This document shows positions 1-13,200 of a stretch of DNA of 64,000 nt, in pieces. The DNA is taken from NCBI RefSeq assembly GCF_009914755.1, contig NC_060926.1; one strand, given 5' to 3'. The position numbers and the translations under genes were made by a program. Each line of letters begins with the position of its first letter. Position 1 is the first letter of the stretch. The notes beneath the pieces are model-generated. The model made no database searches. It worked only from the letters and a program-made list of their open reading frames with translations, and was not told the origin of the DNA. The stretch comes from the human T2T-CHM13v2.0 reference genome, Homo sapiens.

Positions 1-170
1 ATGTACCTGTGGTCCCAGCTATTTGGGAGGCTGAGGTGGGAGGATTGCTTCAGCTAGGAGGTCAAGGCTGCAGTGAGTTGTGATTGCACCACTCCACACC
101 AACTTGGGCAACAGAGTGAGACCCTGTCTCAAAAAAAAAAAAACAAAAAAAAAAAACCAGAAAAACAAAA
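1..170 (+). mobile_element. Alu (AluJ-like) right arm and A tail, cut by window edge
   Basis: ggtcccagcta...gaggctgaggtgggaggattgctt...gtgagaccctgtctc followed by poly(A). Confidence 0.9.
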
Positions 171-704
171 CTAACTCTCCTATACTAATCTGCTCTAGTA
201 TCTTACATAAGGTAGGTATTTAATACAAATTGTTGCTGGTTAGCCCATAATACTATCAATTGGAACATGGTAGAAGAAAACATGATAATATTTTTCTCCT
301 TCAAACTACCTGTTTAAATGCATCATGGCAAGAATGTTCAGCAAATTACCCTAATTTGCAGAACCGCCTTCATGTAGCATTTGCAGCTGTTTCACTTCTG
401 TGGAAAATGATTCATATTATTTTGAAGACATGACAACTTGAACAAGGTCAAAGCATAATACATAATGGTAATTAGCAATAAAAATACAAAATTTGCAAAT
501 TTTGCTGAGTGTAAATGCACATTGGAATTTGCTAGATGGTGGCTAACTATCCTGGGAGGGAACTTTAGGGTGGGGTTGATTGATACCCTTCCAAAATGTT
601 ACTGTATTCTTTTTTCTCTTTTTCCTACTTTACTGTCTCCTTCCTAAATGACTGAGCTTTTTCACTGTGGCTGAGCTACATTGGTCACATTATTATTATT
701 GCTA

Positions 705-1165
<461 letters not shown>

Positions 1166-1167
1166 TG

Positions 1168-1350
1168 ATCTATGACCTTGGACAATAACATTAGTTAATC
1201 TGTCTCTGCCCTTTAAAAAAGTTTCTTTTCTATAAAAGGGTAATAAAAATGTCTGCTGTACCAATTGCATGGGGTGCTGTGTTCTAGATAGACATGACAG
1301 TACTTTGAGATGATTAAAATGTAAGAAATGTGAGGCATTATTATTTTTAT
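1168..1350 (+). mobile_element. MIR fragment
   Basis: tatgaccttggacaa...gtttcttttctataaaagggtaataa resembles the MIR core. Confidence 0.5.
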
Positions 1351-2476
1351 CATAACACAAACCTGTGCAATCACCAGTGTATCAATTTAGAATGAGGGAT
1401 TAGAACAAAATTACAATTAAAAATGGTCTGTTGATATTTTCTTTTGGACTTCAAAACTTTTAAGATATATTTACATATTTGGATTTTTGCATTATACAGA
1501 AAAAGATTCACAAGCTGGACTTTCATGTTTCTCCAGCTACAGGATAGGTCCAAACTAGTCCTCTTTAGAAAAACCTCTGTGATTGAAAAGAAGTGACTTC
1601 TTTTCCTCAAACTTATTTCAATTTAAAGTTGACATTTTATTCTCATTGATATTTAATTATCTGGGATGCTGGATTCTGTGCCTACTGTTTTCGTATGAAA
1701 AGAAAAACATACCAAACAGCCACGCTGATGAAAGTCTTCCTGGTGAAGTGGACTCTTGTTCTCAGCAGCTCAACCCATGATGACAAAGGCAGGGTCCCTC
1801 TAGCATCAAATTAGCGAATTTTCCTCCTCCCATCTTGTTAGTTGGTGAATTTTCAAATCTGCCTTCTCTGAAACATTATAAAATGTCCTGAATCTCAAAA
1901 AAAGGTGATGTTTTATATTCTATGACCTTTCTCCACCATATTTGAAGATAATGGAGTGGAAACTCTTGAAGGGTCTATTGAAAAACTGTAAAGGTAAGGA
2001 AAAGAACCGTATGCAACAAGATAAAGGAAATAAAATACTTCCTGAAAAGGTTATGGTTACACACACACACTCACACACCTGTCACATGTATACAGTGTAG
2101 CTGCTGTATTCAGTGTTTTAACAGACATAGAATAAACATTGTTTTTTCTATGTTAGAATAAACAGAGAAGACAGGCATCTGCTTACTGACTTTTGTGGTC
2201 TCTAATGCCCTCTTTCCTGAAGCCGAGACCTGTAGCCCTCTTCTTTACGAAGTTGAATGTGAATCATTCCACTGGTGTTTGCTTAGGCCTGCTTGATACC
2301 CTAAAGGGCTTCTTACCTCTGTTTGTAAAACATTTTCTTGTCTATTGATATTCCACTTTGGGCATGTTTCGTTCATTACTTAAATGAATATCTCCCTAAA
2401 TAAACTGAATATATCTTAAGATCAGGAAACCACTTCCAAATTCTGTTATGTTTCTCACACCACCTATAGTTTAGAG

Positions 2477-2814
2477 CAGGGGTCCCCAACTTCCAGGTCA
2501 CATTGATATCAGGCTGTGGCCGGTTAGGAACTGGGCCACACAGTAGGAGGTGAGTGGTGGGTGAGTGAGCATTACTGCCTGAGTTCCACCTCCTGTCAGA
2601 TCAGCAGTGGCATTAGAGTCTCATAGGAGCATGACCCCTATTGTGAACTGCACGTGCGATGGATCTAGGTTGCATACTCCTTATGAGAATCTAATGCCTG
2701 ATGATCTGAAGTGGAACAGTTTCATCCTGAAACCATCCCCCACTCCACCCCATCCGTGGAAAAATTATCTTCCGTGAAACTGGACCCTGGTGCCAAAAAG
2801 GTTGGGGACCACTG
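2477..2814 (+). mobile_element. MER1B (hAT-Charlie MITE), 338 bp
   Basis: TIRs CAGGGGTCCCCAAC / GTTGGGGACCACTG. Perfect 8-bp TSD GTTTAGAG at 2469-2476 and 2815-2822. Confidence 0.9.
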
Positions 2815-3999
2815 GTTTAGAGCATACTAAGGTGAAATATATGTCTCAGAAGATGTGATGATCCATAGTGTAGGCACTCAGTTACCCAAGTTGCTCAATT
2901 TCTACTAAATTTTACAATTTAGTAGAAATTCAGCCTTATGATATTTTTTGAATTCTGGGAAAATGTTATTTCCCATTTTCAGTTCCAGTTATGGGTACGC
3001 TCTACAGAACTCACAAATTCTTGCCAAGTAGTGAAGAATACTGTTTGAACACCTATTATGTGTGAAACATAGTTGCATGAAAACATGTATATCCTGCAAA
3101 TGGCTGCCTTTTATTTTTATGATTAGATATAGAGTTATTTTTCTTCTTGTTTTTATGTCTATATTAGCTATTCTAGAATATAAGTCCCAAGAAAACACAA
3201 TAGTATCTATTGAGCCTATTTAATGTACCCTACACAGAGTTGAGCATGTATGATTGCTTAATGTCATAACATTGCTTGATGATAAGGTGAGAAACAAGTC
3301 TTAGCCGAAGAACCCAATAGCTTTCTTAAAGTTATTTAATATACCATTAGATGCCATCCACTAGAAAGAAAAAATAAAAACAAAAGCACATTGCTAAGAC
3401 GTGTAAACTGTTCTCCAGTGAAGGAGGTTTGTGTATATAATTGAGTTTAATTGTTTTTCTTTTCAGAGCTCCTGTAATTTCCCTGTGCCAGATTCTGAGT
3501 TAAAAGAAAAATACTAAAGTGGTTAGGCAGCAGCTGTTCTCAGTCCTTCAGGGTGGTAATTCTGAGCCCAGGGACATGCTCATTCTTGTTGTGAAATGAT
3601 GTTCTTTGGCTATAAAACCCTGCATTCTTCCCCAGTGCTATTATAGTGAATGTCCTTATAAAAGCAAGGCTGTTTAACAGATATCCCGAAAGAGAAAATA
3701 ACTGATTATGACCTAATATGTGGTTCATGAACTCTTCTCTGAAGCATTCCTAGGATCTGATTTTGTATTACTGAACACATTTCTAAACCTCACTGTATAG
3801 TTCCTTTGTAAAAGAAGAACAATACTGTAGGTAGTCTTTGTATTTTTAATGGATTTCAGTGATGCTGGTCAGTTCATTATCTCTAAAATCTGTTAAATCA
3901 ACTAAAAATGATATGGCTGTATATTGTAAGACTTTGTACTCATCCCAGCCATTCTTCTAACTTTTCTACCATTTGGAAGAAGCAAGCCAATATTCTGTT

Positions 4000-4003
4000 A
4001 AAA

Positions 4004-4058
<55 letters not shown>
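4000..4058. repeat. A-run followed by (TA)23 microsatellite
   Basis: Seen directly. Confidence 0.97.
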
Positions 4059-4059
<1 letters not shown>

Positions 4060-4641
4060 CAACAATGTGGTTTATAAAATAATGACTCACTTTACATGAT
4101 TTGAAAACATTTAAAATGGGCATATATAAAAACTGTGTAATATTTTGTTAAAGAAAAAGTGACAAATTGAAATGGACTGCATAGCATCCAGAAGTTAAAC
4201 ACTATTTTAATTGTGTCTAAGACAGGGCAGAAATAAAATGATAGGGAAAAGTAGCACTTGTCAGGTATTTATTTTGGTATAGAGAAGAATCTGTACTGTC
4301 TAAGCACTTGCAGAATGTATAGCAATGGAAAGAGAAACAGAATGTAAGCAAAATAACATACATCAATATATTTAAATGACTTAAAATGGATATAAATGTA
4401 TTAGATGAAACTAATTCCATTTGATACATTGACAAAGAAGATGAATATGGTGAGGAAATCTTAAATCATTTTATAGAAAATGTGCTTCCTCTTAGAATTA
4501 AAATATTAAAACATTCTTACTGATAAAGGTAATAAAATCAGGTTTTTTTTTTCCTATGGATAAACAGATATCTTGTTGCTGGCATGATAAATTGCTTCAG
4601 TTCTGGAGAGTAATCTGTTAAGATGTTTGAATCATAATGAT

Positions 4642-4683
<42 letters not shown>
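4642..4683. repeat. (ATG)14 trinucleotide repeat
   Basis: Seen directly. Gives the poly-Ser run in the chance ORF 4538..4852. Confidence 0.97.
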
Positions 4684-5812
4684 GCGTGTGCCAGAAATGG
4701 TGCTGAGTGAGTTTGAGGGAGTGGCCATTTAGGAGAAGGCTCATTGTCTTGGCCACATGTTCTTGTTTGCGATCATAAATGTCACTGATCATGTCACGTG
4801 AAGCCTGCCAGTCTCCATCCCACCTTTTCAGATTCATTGTTTGACATTTCATCTGAAAACCATTTTCCTACAGGCCATATTCATTTTTTAAAAAATTTAA
4901 AAAGCTTATTTTTCTCACATTCATTTTGACTCGATTTTTATAAATGTTTTCCTCCATGCCTTGAGTGTCTTTTCTTTCTCTGACACGTGGATTCTTATTC
5001 ATCTTTTGAGTTGTTGTTCAAATAGCACCTTGTCAGTGGATCCTTTCTGCACCTCTCTGTGCCTGGATGGGGTTCAGCCATGGTCCCTGTGGCCCATTAG
5101 ACAAGCTGAGGCTGACAGTTGTACCTGCCCCTCTGGAGACCATCACTTCTTAGAGGGCGGAAGCTGTGTCCCAGCTATCTTTATATGCAAAGCAGGACTT
5201 AATATGTTTGTGTGGAATGATTGAATGCAAAAGCAAAAGGAAAACCCAGTATGATTTACTAGCTCTTTGATTAAATTCTATTAAACTGAAGCTAGTCACA
5301 TTGACTTGGTATAAACCTATTCTAGCAATTATCAAATTGTGTAACTCCTACAATTCTGTAAAATGAAGGTACTACATTTACCACCAGATTACCTTATTTT
5401 GCAAGAGTGTTGTCAGTGTTTGTACTTGTCACATCATTTATTTGCTATAAAATAAGCCTTTTACTGAGTCTCTGTCAAGTTCTTCTTAGTGTTTATAAAG
5501 ATGTTCAAGGAGGTATATTTATCAGTTCTTTTAGACCAGGGTGCCACTAATGAACTCATCTCTACTGTATAATATTCTTAAGAGAAACTATACTTAAGGA
5601 TTTATCTTATTCTTAGGAAGTAAATTTTACATACTTAAAGCTTTTTTGATCTAGAGCTGAAAAATCTCTCCTTGTACAAATTATTCATCAATATAAATAT
5701 CTTTATGCAAAAATTAATGCTTCAAGGTACAGAATGAATTTGAAGACTAGTGGATATTTGTATTGAATAGAGGTTCTGTTGTGGATAACAGAGACCACAC
5801 TTGACAGAAGTT

Positions 5813-5844
<32 letters not shown>
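5813..5844. repeat. (CT)n microsatellite
   Basis: Seen directly. Confidence 0.9.
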
Positions 5845-7371
5845 ACTCATAGTTGTATGGATACAGGAAGCCCACAAGTATGGTGACCCTGTTCTAGAAG
5901 GTTGTTTGGAATTTGACTTGGTGTCCTATGGCATTAAGGATTTAGGAGCCTTGTTTCTCATTGTTCTGTATTTAAAATTTAATATTTGTTAATTTCCTTT
6001 TTACATTTTATGGATTATTATTGAGTGACTATCTGATTTGGCAGTGTGCTTGACTGAAAGTATAAGTCATGGTTTATTTATAGTGTTTTATGGGTTTGGT
6101 ATGGCAAAAAGATCTTGACAATGAATATTTGGTGAATTACTTGGAAGGTCAGATATGCTGGGGAAGAGTCATTAATCTAGACCTGTTTGCAAGACCCCTG
6201 TGATATATGTTGTGGAGCTTACCACCCAGGGGAGGGATGGGAAAGGGAGAGACAGGGAAGCACAAATAAAGTGCTTCCAAAGCCCTGAACGTGAAGACTG
6301 TGTGAAGAAAGACTTCATGAAAAGCATTGCAGGTGGGACGCCTTTGAAGGATGGGGAGAGTTTCAATCATCATAAATACAGGGAAGGCAAAGAGGAGCAT
6401 GGGGTAGTATTGGGGGGAAGGAGGGAATAGAAAGTACTGGGAGGGAGATGCCTGGTGTGTTCATGCTGGTGTCCAGTTACCATGCATGAAGCACTTCACA
6501 GATGATTTGCAGCACCCACTGTGCCTTAGGAATGCAATTCTGGAGGAAGGACGTTAGTGAGTCAAGGAAGTACAGTGTAGGTGTTTCATTTAGCCTTGTT
6601 CTTTTTTTTTTTTTTTCCTGATAGTGTGACAAAGGAGAGTTTTATGTTAGCTAATACTTTGACAAAACTTTATTGATTTGTTAATTTGCAATATTCAAGA
6701 TGCTTCTGTGAGCTATAATAATCTTTAACATCTAGTAAATAGGATTCATGTTTAGATGGAATTATCTTTGTAGTTTGAATTAAGACAAAATAATGACAAT
6801 ATTTATAAACATATGACTCTTAAAGGGGGACATAAGCTCTCAGTATTCACAAAAGGCCAGGTTCTAAGTGCTTTCTGAAGTTACAAGGTTGTACTCTCCC
6901 ATTTTACTGTCATATTCTGCTGATACATCATTTAGAGAACGTTCCAAGAAAGTTCTAATTCCTGCTGAAGAGCAGAGCACTGACATGATTTTTCACTTAG
7001 GTGTGCAGAAAGAGTTGTTTAGCTTTATGCACAAAACGGGCTGAAATCAAGCTTTAATTAGTCAGACTTTTGCATAATTCGTCACGGTCACTTTGTAAGT
7101 CCAGCAGAATATGCTGTTGGTTTTTATCTTAGTGGGTTCATTTTCAAGGATGTGTTGTCTTATTAGCTCTTTGCTACCCAAATATTTAGATTTTCCTAGC
7201 AAAACCATGATATTGTATCTAGTCTCCTAAAGAAATGAATTGCTATATGATGATACATAAGGAAATGAACTGATACATAAAAGTTATTCGTCTTAAATAT
7301 CATTCTTGATAATAATCTGTCTTAAAGACAGGAAAGTAAGTTAAGGTTCTTCTGTCTTTTTGAATCCATAG

Positions 7372-7448
7372 GCTGTCCATCTGGCCCAGGCAAGCTTCCA
7401 GATTGAAGCCTTCGGCTCCAAATTCATTCTTGACCTCATACTGAACAA
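7372..7448 (+). CDS. ADAM23: ADAM23 internal coding exon (prodomain; probably exon 3), 77 nt, phase 0 to 2
   Basis: Acceptor ttcttctgtctttttgaatccatAG and donor AA|GTGAGT. Translates AVHLAQASFQIEAFGSKFILDLILN+AA, which I recognise as ADAM23 prodomain. Joins in frame (AA+T=Asn) to 57014-57077. Exon number is from memory. Confidence 0.95.
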
Positions 7449-8779
7449 GTGAGTATTTAGACATAATCTTCTTAAGAAGCAGGTGCAATAAAGCTTTGTT
7501 TTTATAATATCGGTTTAGTCAAAATAATGTCTGTTGTTTAACAACTATTTTCTAGCAGATTATTATAGAGCATGTAAAGTATAAAATTCTGAATGGTGAA
7601 TTATATATTTTTTTCCGAAATAAAAGATATTTAACATGTTAAGCATCTCAAACACAGCACTTACATATTATAATTTTAAATGGAATAAATATTTGAAGTA
7701 ATCCAGTTAATTAAATGTTAATTATAATCATCACTATATATAAGAAGCATGATAAATTTACTGATTCAAGTATAATTTGACTACAGTCTAGAAATTTCTT
7801 CCATTTACTCTTTATAATGCAATTCGCATGACTTCTGTGGGAAGAACAGAGTAAGTGATGACTTGCAAATACCTATTTTGAGAAGATTCTTTGCTTTATA
7901 ATTTGCTCTAATATGGTTTCTTAGAAATTTTGGTCCTGATGAAAATTTACCCGATTGTCTCTGAGCATGTGTTTGTTGATATTTAAATGCTGTTTCCTAA
8001 GTTCAAATCAGTTGTACAGATGTCTTTGTACAAAGTGTGAACAAGAGCTGTTGACTTAACTAAGGCTCTTCAGCCTCAAATAGATCTAGCAGTGAGCCTT
8101 TCTTTGGTGAAAGAGATTTTCTATGTGGTTTTCTTGAGTTACAGAAATTATAGTCAGTATTTTAAGCTTTTGTCAGTATTTTGATCAGGACTGCATCTTT
8201 GCAAGAAAAATACCTGTTAATGCTATCAAACACTATAATGTAAGTGACCACAACCAATATTTGAGAAATTGCAAAGAATTATAAAGAACAACTATTAAAT
8301 TTTTTGTATGCCAAATTCTGTGAGCTCTGCAGAAAAAAATGCAAAGTCAGCTTGGGTGTTCCTTACCAAGTGTTATTGCAGCTTTAAGTCAGAATGAATC
8401 AGCAGAACTCAGAATTGCCTATGTAAAGGTATTGCAGGTTTTCCTCTTTGGTTGAGTTCCGTTTCACCATGCTGTGTCAGCAGTTTGTCTGCCTAAGGGA
8501 CTTGTCTTGCCAAATCTTACACTATGTTGAGTGGCAAGATAGAGCTAATTTTAGTGTAAGTCCTCAATTCCTTTAACTCTTACTGCGGTGGAGACCATCA
8601 TTTCAAACTGTAGCGAGATGATCGCAACCAACCCTGCTGTGTGTTTTGAGCAATAAAATATCTCAGCCATAGCAGAGCCTCCCAGTCAATTAGTACATGG
8701 CAGAGAAAGGGTCATATGGGATGGCCAGGGTACTTAGAGGTCTGGAAATGTGCCAGAAGTTATCAGTAACATTTAGCAT

Positions 8780-10460
8780 GCAAAGGAATCAGGTTGAGCA
8801 CCTATTATGAGCAGTCCCTGACTTGAGGAATTTAGAGTCTACTTGGGGGAAGGTTGATAGACAAGTACGTAATTTTAGAAGAGTATGAAATATGCTGGAG
8901 GTTAAAATGGAATGTTATGGTAGCACCAAGGAGTGGCAGCTCTCAGGCTGGAGGAGTGTGAAAAGGCGTCTTGGGAAAGGTGATGCTTGAGCTAAATCTT
9001 GAAGTGTGTTCTAGGCATGTGAGATAGTATATCTGAAGAGGCAAGGCCACGTTGCAGTGTGGCATGTTAGAGGAGCATGAGCCTTTTGTTGACCTTCCTC
9101 ATAAATGACAAGATTGAGACGAGGAAGATGAGTTGGGAGAGGTAAGCCTAGGGACAGCTCAGCTCATGGAAGTTCTGGTATTTCACGTGTCAGTGCTGGG
9201 CCATTATCCCCTAGACTGAAAAATCAAGTCAGGGGAATAAACAGAGGTCCTGTTCTCAGGAAGTGCTAAGAGGCGTGGAGAGGGAATACTTTCAATAAAT
9301 CTGCAGTTGATAAAAATTATTAGGATTGCTCCATGTGGATAACAAGGCAGAGAGGATAGTTAAAGCCAACAGAGGTACCTCGATTGGTTGGTTGGTTTGA
9401 GGGTGATGTCTAGCTGAAATGGGCAGTACCAGGGAACAAACAGGTTAAATGGTGAAGGGAAGAGAATGTGGCATCAGAAGAGACATGATAGATTTGAGGG
9501 GCTTTGGGACATACATGTGGCCATGTCTAGGAGGTAGCTGGATATAACCTCAGGGGAGAGATGGGAGCTAGAGATAGTAGACTTGGTAGGTATTTTTATA
9601 TAAATGTTAATGACCAACATGGCTGTGAATGAGGTTACCGAGGGAGGGTAGGTAGAGTAAGGAGACAGAAGCTGAGAAGACAGGTAAGAGGAGGGGAGAA
9701 GAGGAGGCACCCATGAAGGAAATTGAGAAGGAGTGATTGGAGAAATAGGACAATCAGGAGAATGATTAAACAGAGTTTCAAAATGGGAAGGTGTGATTTA
9801 CAGTGTCATCTGCAGTAGAGCCATCTACTGGCACATGCTGTGGAATAATCTAATGAGGTAAGAGGCAAAATTTGCCCTTTGGATTTGCCATTTGAGCAGT
9901 CACCGGTGGTTGGAAAGCAGCAGTTTCAATGAAACTCTGGGGTGGAGGAAATGAGAGGGGACAGAAACCGGGTTACAGTAGGCTGGGAGTGAATGAGAGG
10001 AGATGATGTGGAGGCAGCAAATATCCATTGAGGAGGTTTGGATGAGAAGAAAAGAGAGCAGAAGACATTGGGATCAAGGCAGGGCTTTTTAATGATGACA
10101 GAGCAAGTTGGCAGAGCAAGTTAACAGAGCAAGTTTGGTGGACTGAGAGACGGAGCTGATAAGAGTGGGAGGTTGAAGATGCAGAAAGGAGAGAGGAGAT
10201 ATCTATAGGGCAAGAGCTGGGTAGAGACTGAAGGGAATGAGATCAAAGCCCAAGGGCAGAACTTAGTTTTGAACCGGTAAAGACAGGTTGTCCTGCACTG
10301 GTGTGAAGCTGTAGGGTGTGTGCAGATGGAGATTGACTTGCAGGTGAGGGGATGGAGTTGAAGAAACACATTTCTGAAGTTATCTACTGTAGGGGTTGGG
10401 ATGGAGAGGGAGGTTGGGTTGGGGCTTGAGGAAAATGACAAAATTGCTGGGAAGAATGAG
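8780..10460 (-). mobile_element. L2 LINE fragment(s), highly diverged
   Basis: ttgagcacctattatg and tttgaggggctttgggacatacatgtggccatgtctaggaggtagctggatata resemble antisense L2. Purine-rich on the + strand. Edges approximate. Confidence 0.65.
10099..10135. repeat. 13-bp tandem repeat x3 (CAGAGCAAGTTnn)
   Basis: cagagcaagttgg cagagcaagttaa cagagcaagtt. Confidence 0.85.
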
Positions 10461-10873
10461 TGAGGAAGCCCATCAAGGTCAAATGCAAGAATTTTTGAGC
10501 AACCTTCATTAGAAATCATGTGCTATGTGTTAGTCTTTGTGTATTTCTTTCTGGTGTTGTTTTTTATATTTTATTTGTATTATTTTTAAAAATTGGAGTG
10601 CTTTGTCACTGCAGAGTGTGAATGAAGGAGGCAGACTGTAGTGTGGACCCAGGGCTCAATCTCTGTGGTAGCACAGAATAAGAACAGTGTAGGCAAAGCT
10701 CTTTGAATACTCATGAATAACTTGCATAGTTAAGTATCAGGATCCAGTCTGGGTTAGAAGGGAGATGAGGTCAAGAGGAGGCTATGAACTGGGGACAAAT
10801 GGAGGTCTCTGAAGGGAAAACTAACTGCAGTGAGAGAGAGGCCATGAGAGCTGCACTCAAGTGCTATCTCCCT

Positions 10874-11243
10874 TGATATGGTTTGGCTGTGTCCCTACCC
10901 AAATCTTACTTTGAATTGTAGCTTTCATAATCCCCATGTGTCATGGGAGGGCCCCAGTGGGAGGTAACTGAATCATGGGGGCGGGTTTTTCCCCTGCTGT
11001 TCTTGTGATAATGAATAAGTCTCACGAGATCTGATGGTTTTATGAAGGTCAGTTACCCTGCACATGCTCTCTTGCCTGCCGCCATGTAAGACATGCCTTT
11101 GCTCCTCCTTCACCTTCTGCCATAATTATAAGGCATCCCCAGCCATATGGAACTATGAGTCCATTAAAGCTTTTTTTCTTTATAAATTACCTAGTCTCAG
11201 GTATGTCTTTATGAGCAGCATGAGAATGGACTAATGTAATACA
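10874..11243 (+). mobile_element. THE1 (B/C-like) MaLR solo LTR
   Basis: TGATATGGTTTGGCTGTGTCCC...GGACTAATGTAATACA. Near-TSD TCCCT/TCCCC. Confidence 0.92.
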
Positions 11244-11770
11244 TCCCCCATGCTGTCCTGAGCTTTCTGAGTGCAACCTGAGTGTGCAAGGCTGGCATGA
11301 TGAACTGGAAATGAGGGAACTGTGTTAGAACATGAGATGTGTTGCTGGGGGTGGGCTCTAGTTTAGATTACTTCTGTCTGGGATTAACCAAAAAGTTTGA
11401 TATGTGTTAGAATAAAGGTAGAGAGTCAGGAGAATGTTTAAGTCAGTAATAGAGGACCCAAAAGAGCTTCTGAGGAAAGAGGGACCTCATTTCCACTATA
11501 GGATGATCATTGCTACATTACAGACAGAGGTGTTAAGTTATCAAAGGAGGGAAAGGTGTCTGGTAAGTATGTGGGCTCAGGGTGTGGAGGAATGAGCACA
11601 TAAAGGTGTTACCATAAGTTAATCCAGGTGGTGACCATAGAATCTTCAGAGTTGGTGACCTCACCAGGCCCAGAAGCCCAGCTTGTGAGGACTAACCTGA
11701 CAGGAGTTCCTGAGAGGAGAGCCTGGTTTGCATCTGGCTTGTGGAGGCATCTCATGGCAGTGCTGTGTGT

Positions 11771-12320
11771 TTTATTCATTTGTTCAGCAAATGTTGAGTG
11801 AGCATCTGCTATGTGCCTCTGGCTGTTATAGGTGCTGATGTTGCTGAGAATAAGATAGACAAGACTTGTGCCTTCCCTTTTAGAGCTTCATTCCAGAGGA
11901 GGAGGCAAACAGTGGGCCACCACATAAAGACATATAGGATGGAGAGGGACTGGAGGTGGGGTGTCCAGCATGATTTAGATGGTCAGAAGAAGCAAGAAGG
12001 CCTATCTGAGGAGGGAACCTGAGCTGAGCCCTGGTTGTCAAAGAGGAGCCACAACACGTTGCTGGAAGGCTGAGGGTTCTGCACAGCTGGGACAGCAAGA
12101 CAGCCAGAGCTAAGGAGGATGTGGGATGTTCAAGAAGGGCAGAGGCCATTATGCAGTGCAGGGCAGGGGATAGTGGGAGAACGAGGAGACGAGATCAGAG
12201 AGGAAGCAGCTGTGCAGTCAGGCGATGAAGGACTGTGGTCCATGGTGAGGAGTGTGGGTCTGAAGCCATTGGATGGCAGTAAGCATGGAAGAGACATGGT
12301 CAGATTTCTATTTTATTTAG
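11771..12320 (-). mobile_element. L2 3' end fragment
   Basis: ttattcatttgttcagcaaatgttgagtgagcatctgctatgtgcc matches the antisense L2 tail. Confidence 0.65.
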
Positions 12321-12789
12321 CCCCAAAGGTCTTAGTTATGGCCTTAGAGGTCCTTTAATTACACTCCTCTCAGGGTGCTCCTCTTTTAAAATTTTCTTTA
12401 GTGTTTCCTCTAAAATAGCCGTTATTCCAGGTTACAGAAGATTTTGAAAAGATCACTAGGGTAACGTTTCTTGTCTTTCCTTTTTTTTTTTTAGTGTCAA
12501 ACAAGCATTTTAGATATTTTTTATTTTGATTTTTATTATCCACTTTATTGAGGTATGATTGATGTTAGAGCAACAATTCTTAATGTTTATCAGTCCTTGG
12601 AAGTCTCAGAAGGTCTGAGGATTGATTGTCTCTTCTCTGTGTGTGATCAGAATTATGCCAAAGCCTATATTACCCATAATTATATTTGCTGGTGTTTTCA
12701 GCAAATGTTTACTGAGAATAACCATGATTAGAGTGGCACAATGGTTGAAAGCATGGGTAACTCTTTGATCTTGGGCAAGCTTCTTAACT

Positions 12790-12875
12790 TCTTCCTTTTC
12801 TTCATTTTTCCTCTTCCTCCTCTTTCTCCTTTTCCTCCTCCTCCTCCTTCTCTTCTACCACCTCCACCACGACCG
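12790..12875. repeat. (CCT)n / pyrimidine-rich low-complexity tract
   Basis: Seen directly. Explains the poly-Pro and poly-Gly chance ORFs. Confidence 0.85.
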
Positions 12876-12884
12876 TCATCACCT

Positions 12885-13200
12885 ATCATAAAACTCACTT
12901 TTCTAAAGTTTACCATTCAGTGTTTTAAAATTACATTCACAAAATTTTGCAGTTATCACCACAATCTAATTCTAGAACGTTTTCATCATCCCCAAGAAAC
13001 CCTGTACCCATTAGCAGTCACTCCCCATTCCCTTCTGCCTTAGGCCCCTGGTGACCGCTAATCTACATTCTGTCTCCATGCATTCGCGTCCTGGACATTT
13101 CATACGATATGCAGCCTTTTGTGACTGACCTCTTTTACTTAGCATAATGTTTTGAGGTTCATCCATGTTGTAGCTGAGTAATATACCATTATTTGGATAT
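12885..13200 (-). mobile_element. L1MB-type 3' end fragment
   Basis: catcaccacaatctaattctagaac...cattagcagtcactcccc...cttagcataatgttttgaggttcatccatgttgtagc. Confidence 0.8.

Noticed and set aside
2897-2930. AATTTCTACTAA resembles the Cas12a crRNA repeat
   Set aside because: Single copy, no spacers, no cas genes and a primate intron context. It is one arm of a palindrome.
7244-7275. ATGATGA...CTGA as a C/D-box snoRNA near the exon
   Set aside because: The boxes are only ~25 nt apart with no terminal stem. Explained by a short local duplication (TGATACATAA).
7300-7488. Minus-strand 62-aa ORF
   Set aside because: Antisense shadow of the real ADAM23 exon on the + strand.
12728-13043. Gly/Arg-rich and Pro-rich ORFs
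   Set aside because: Products of a (CCT)n low-complexity tract running into an L1MB fragment.
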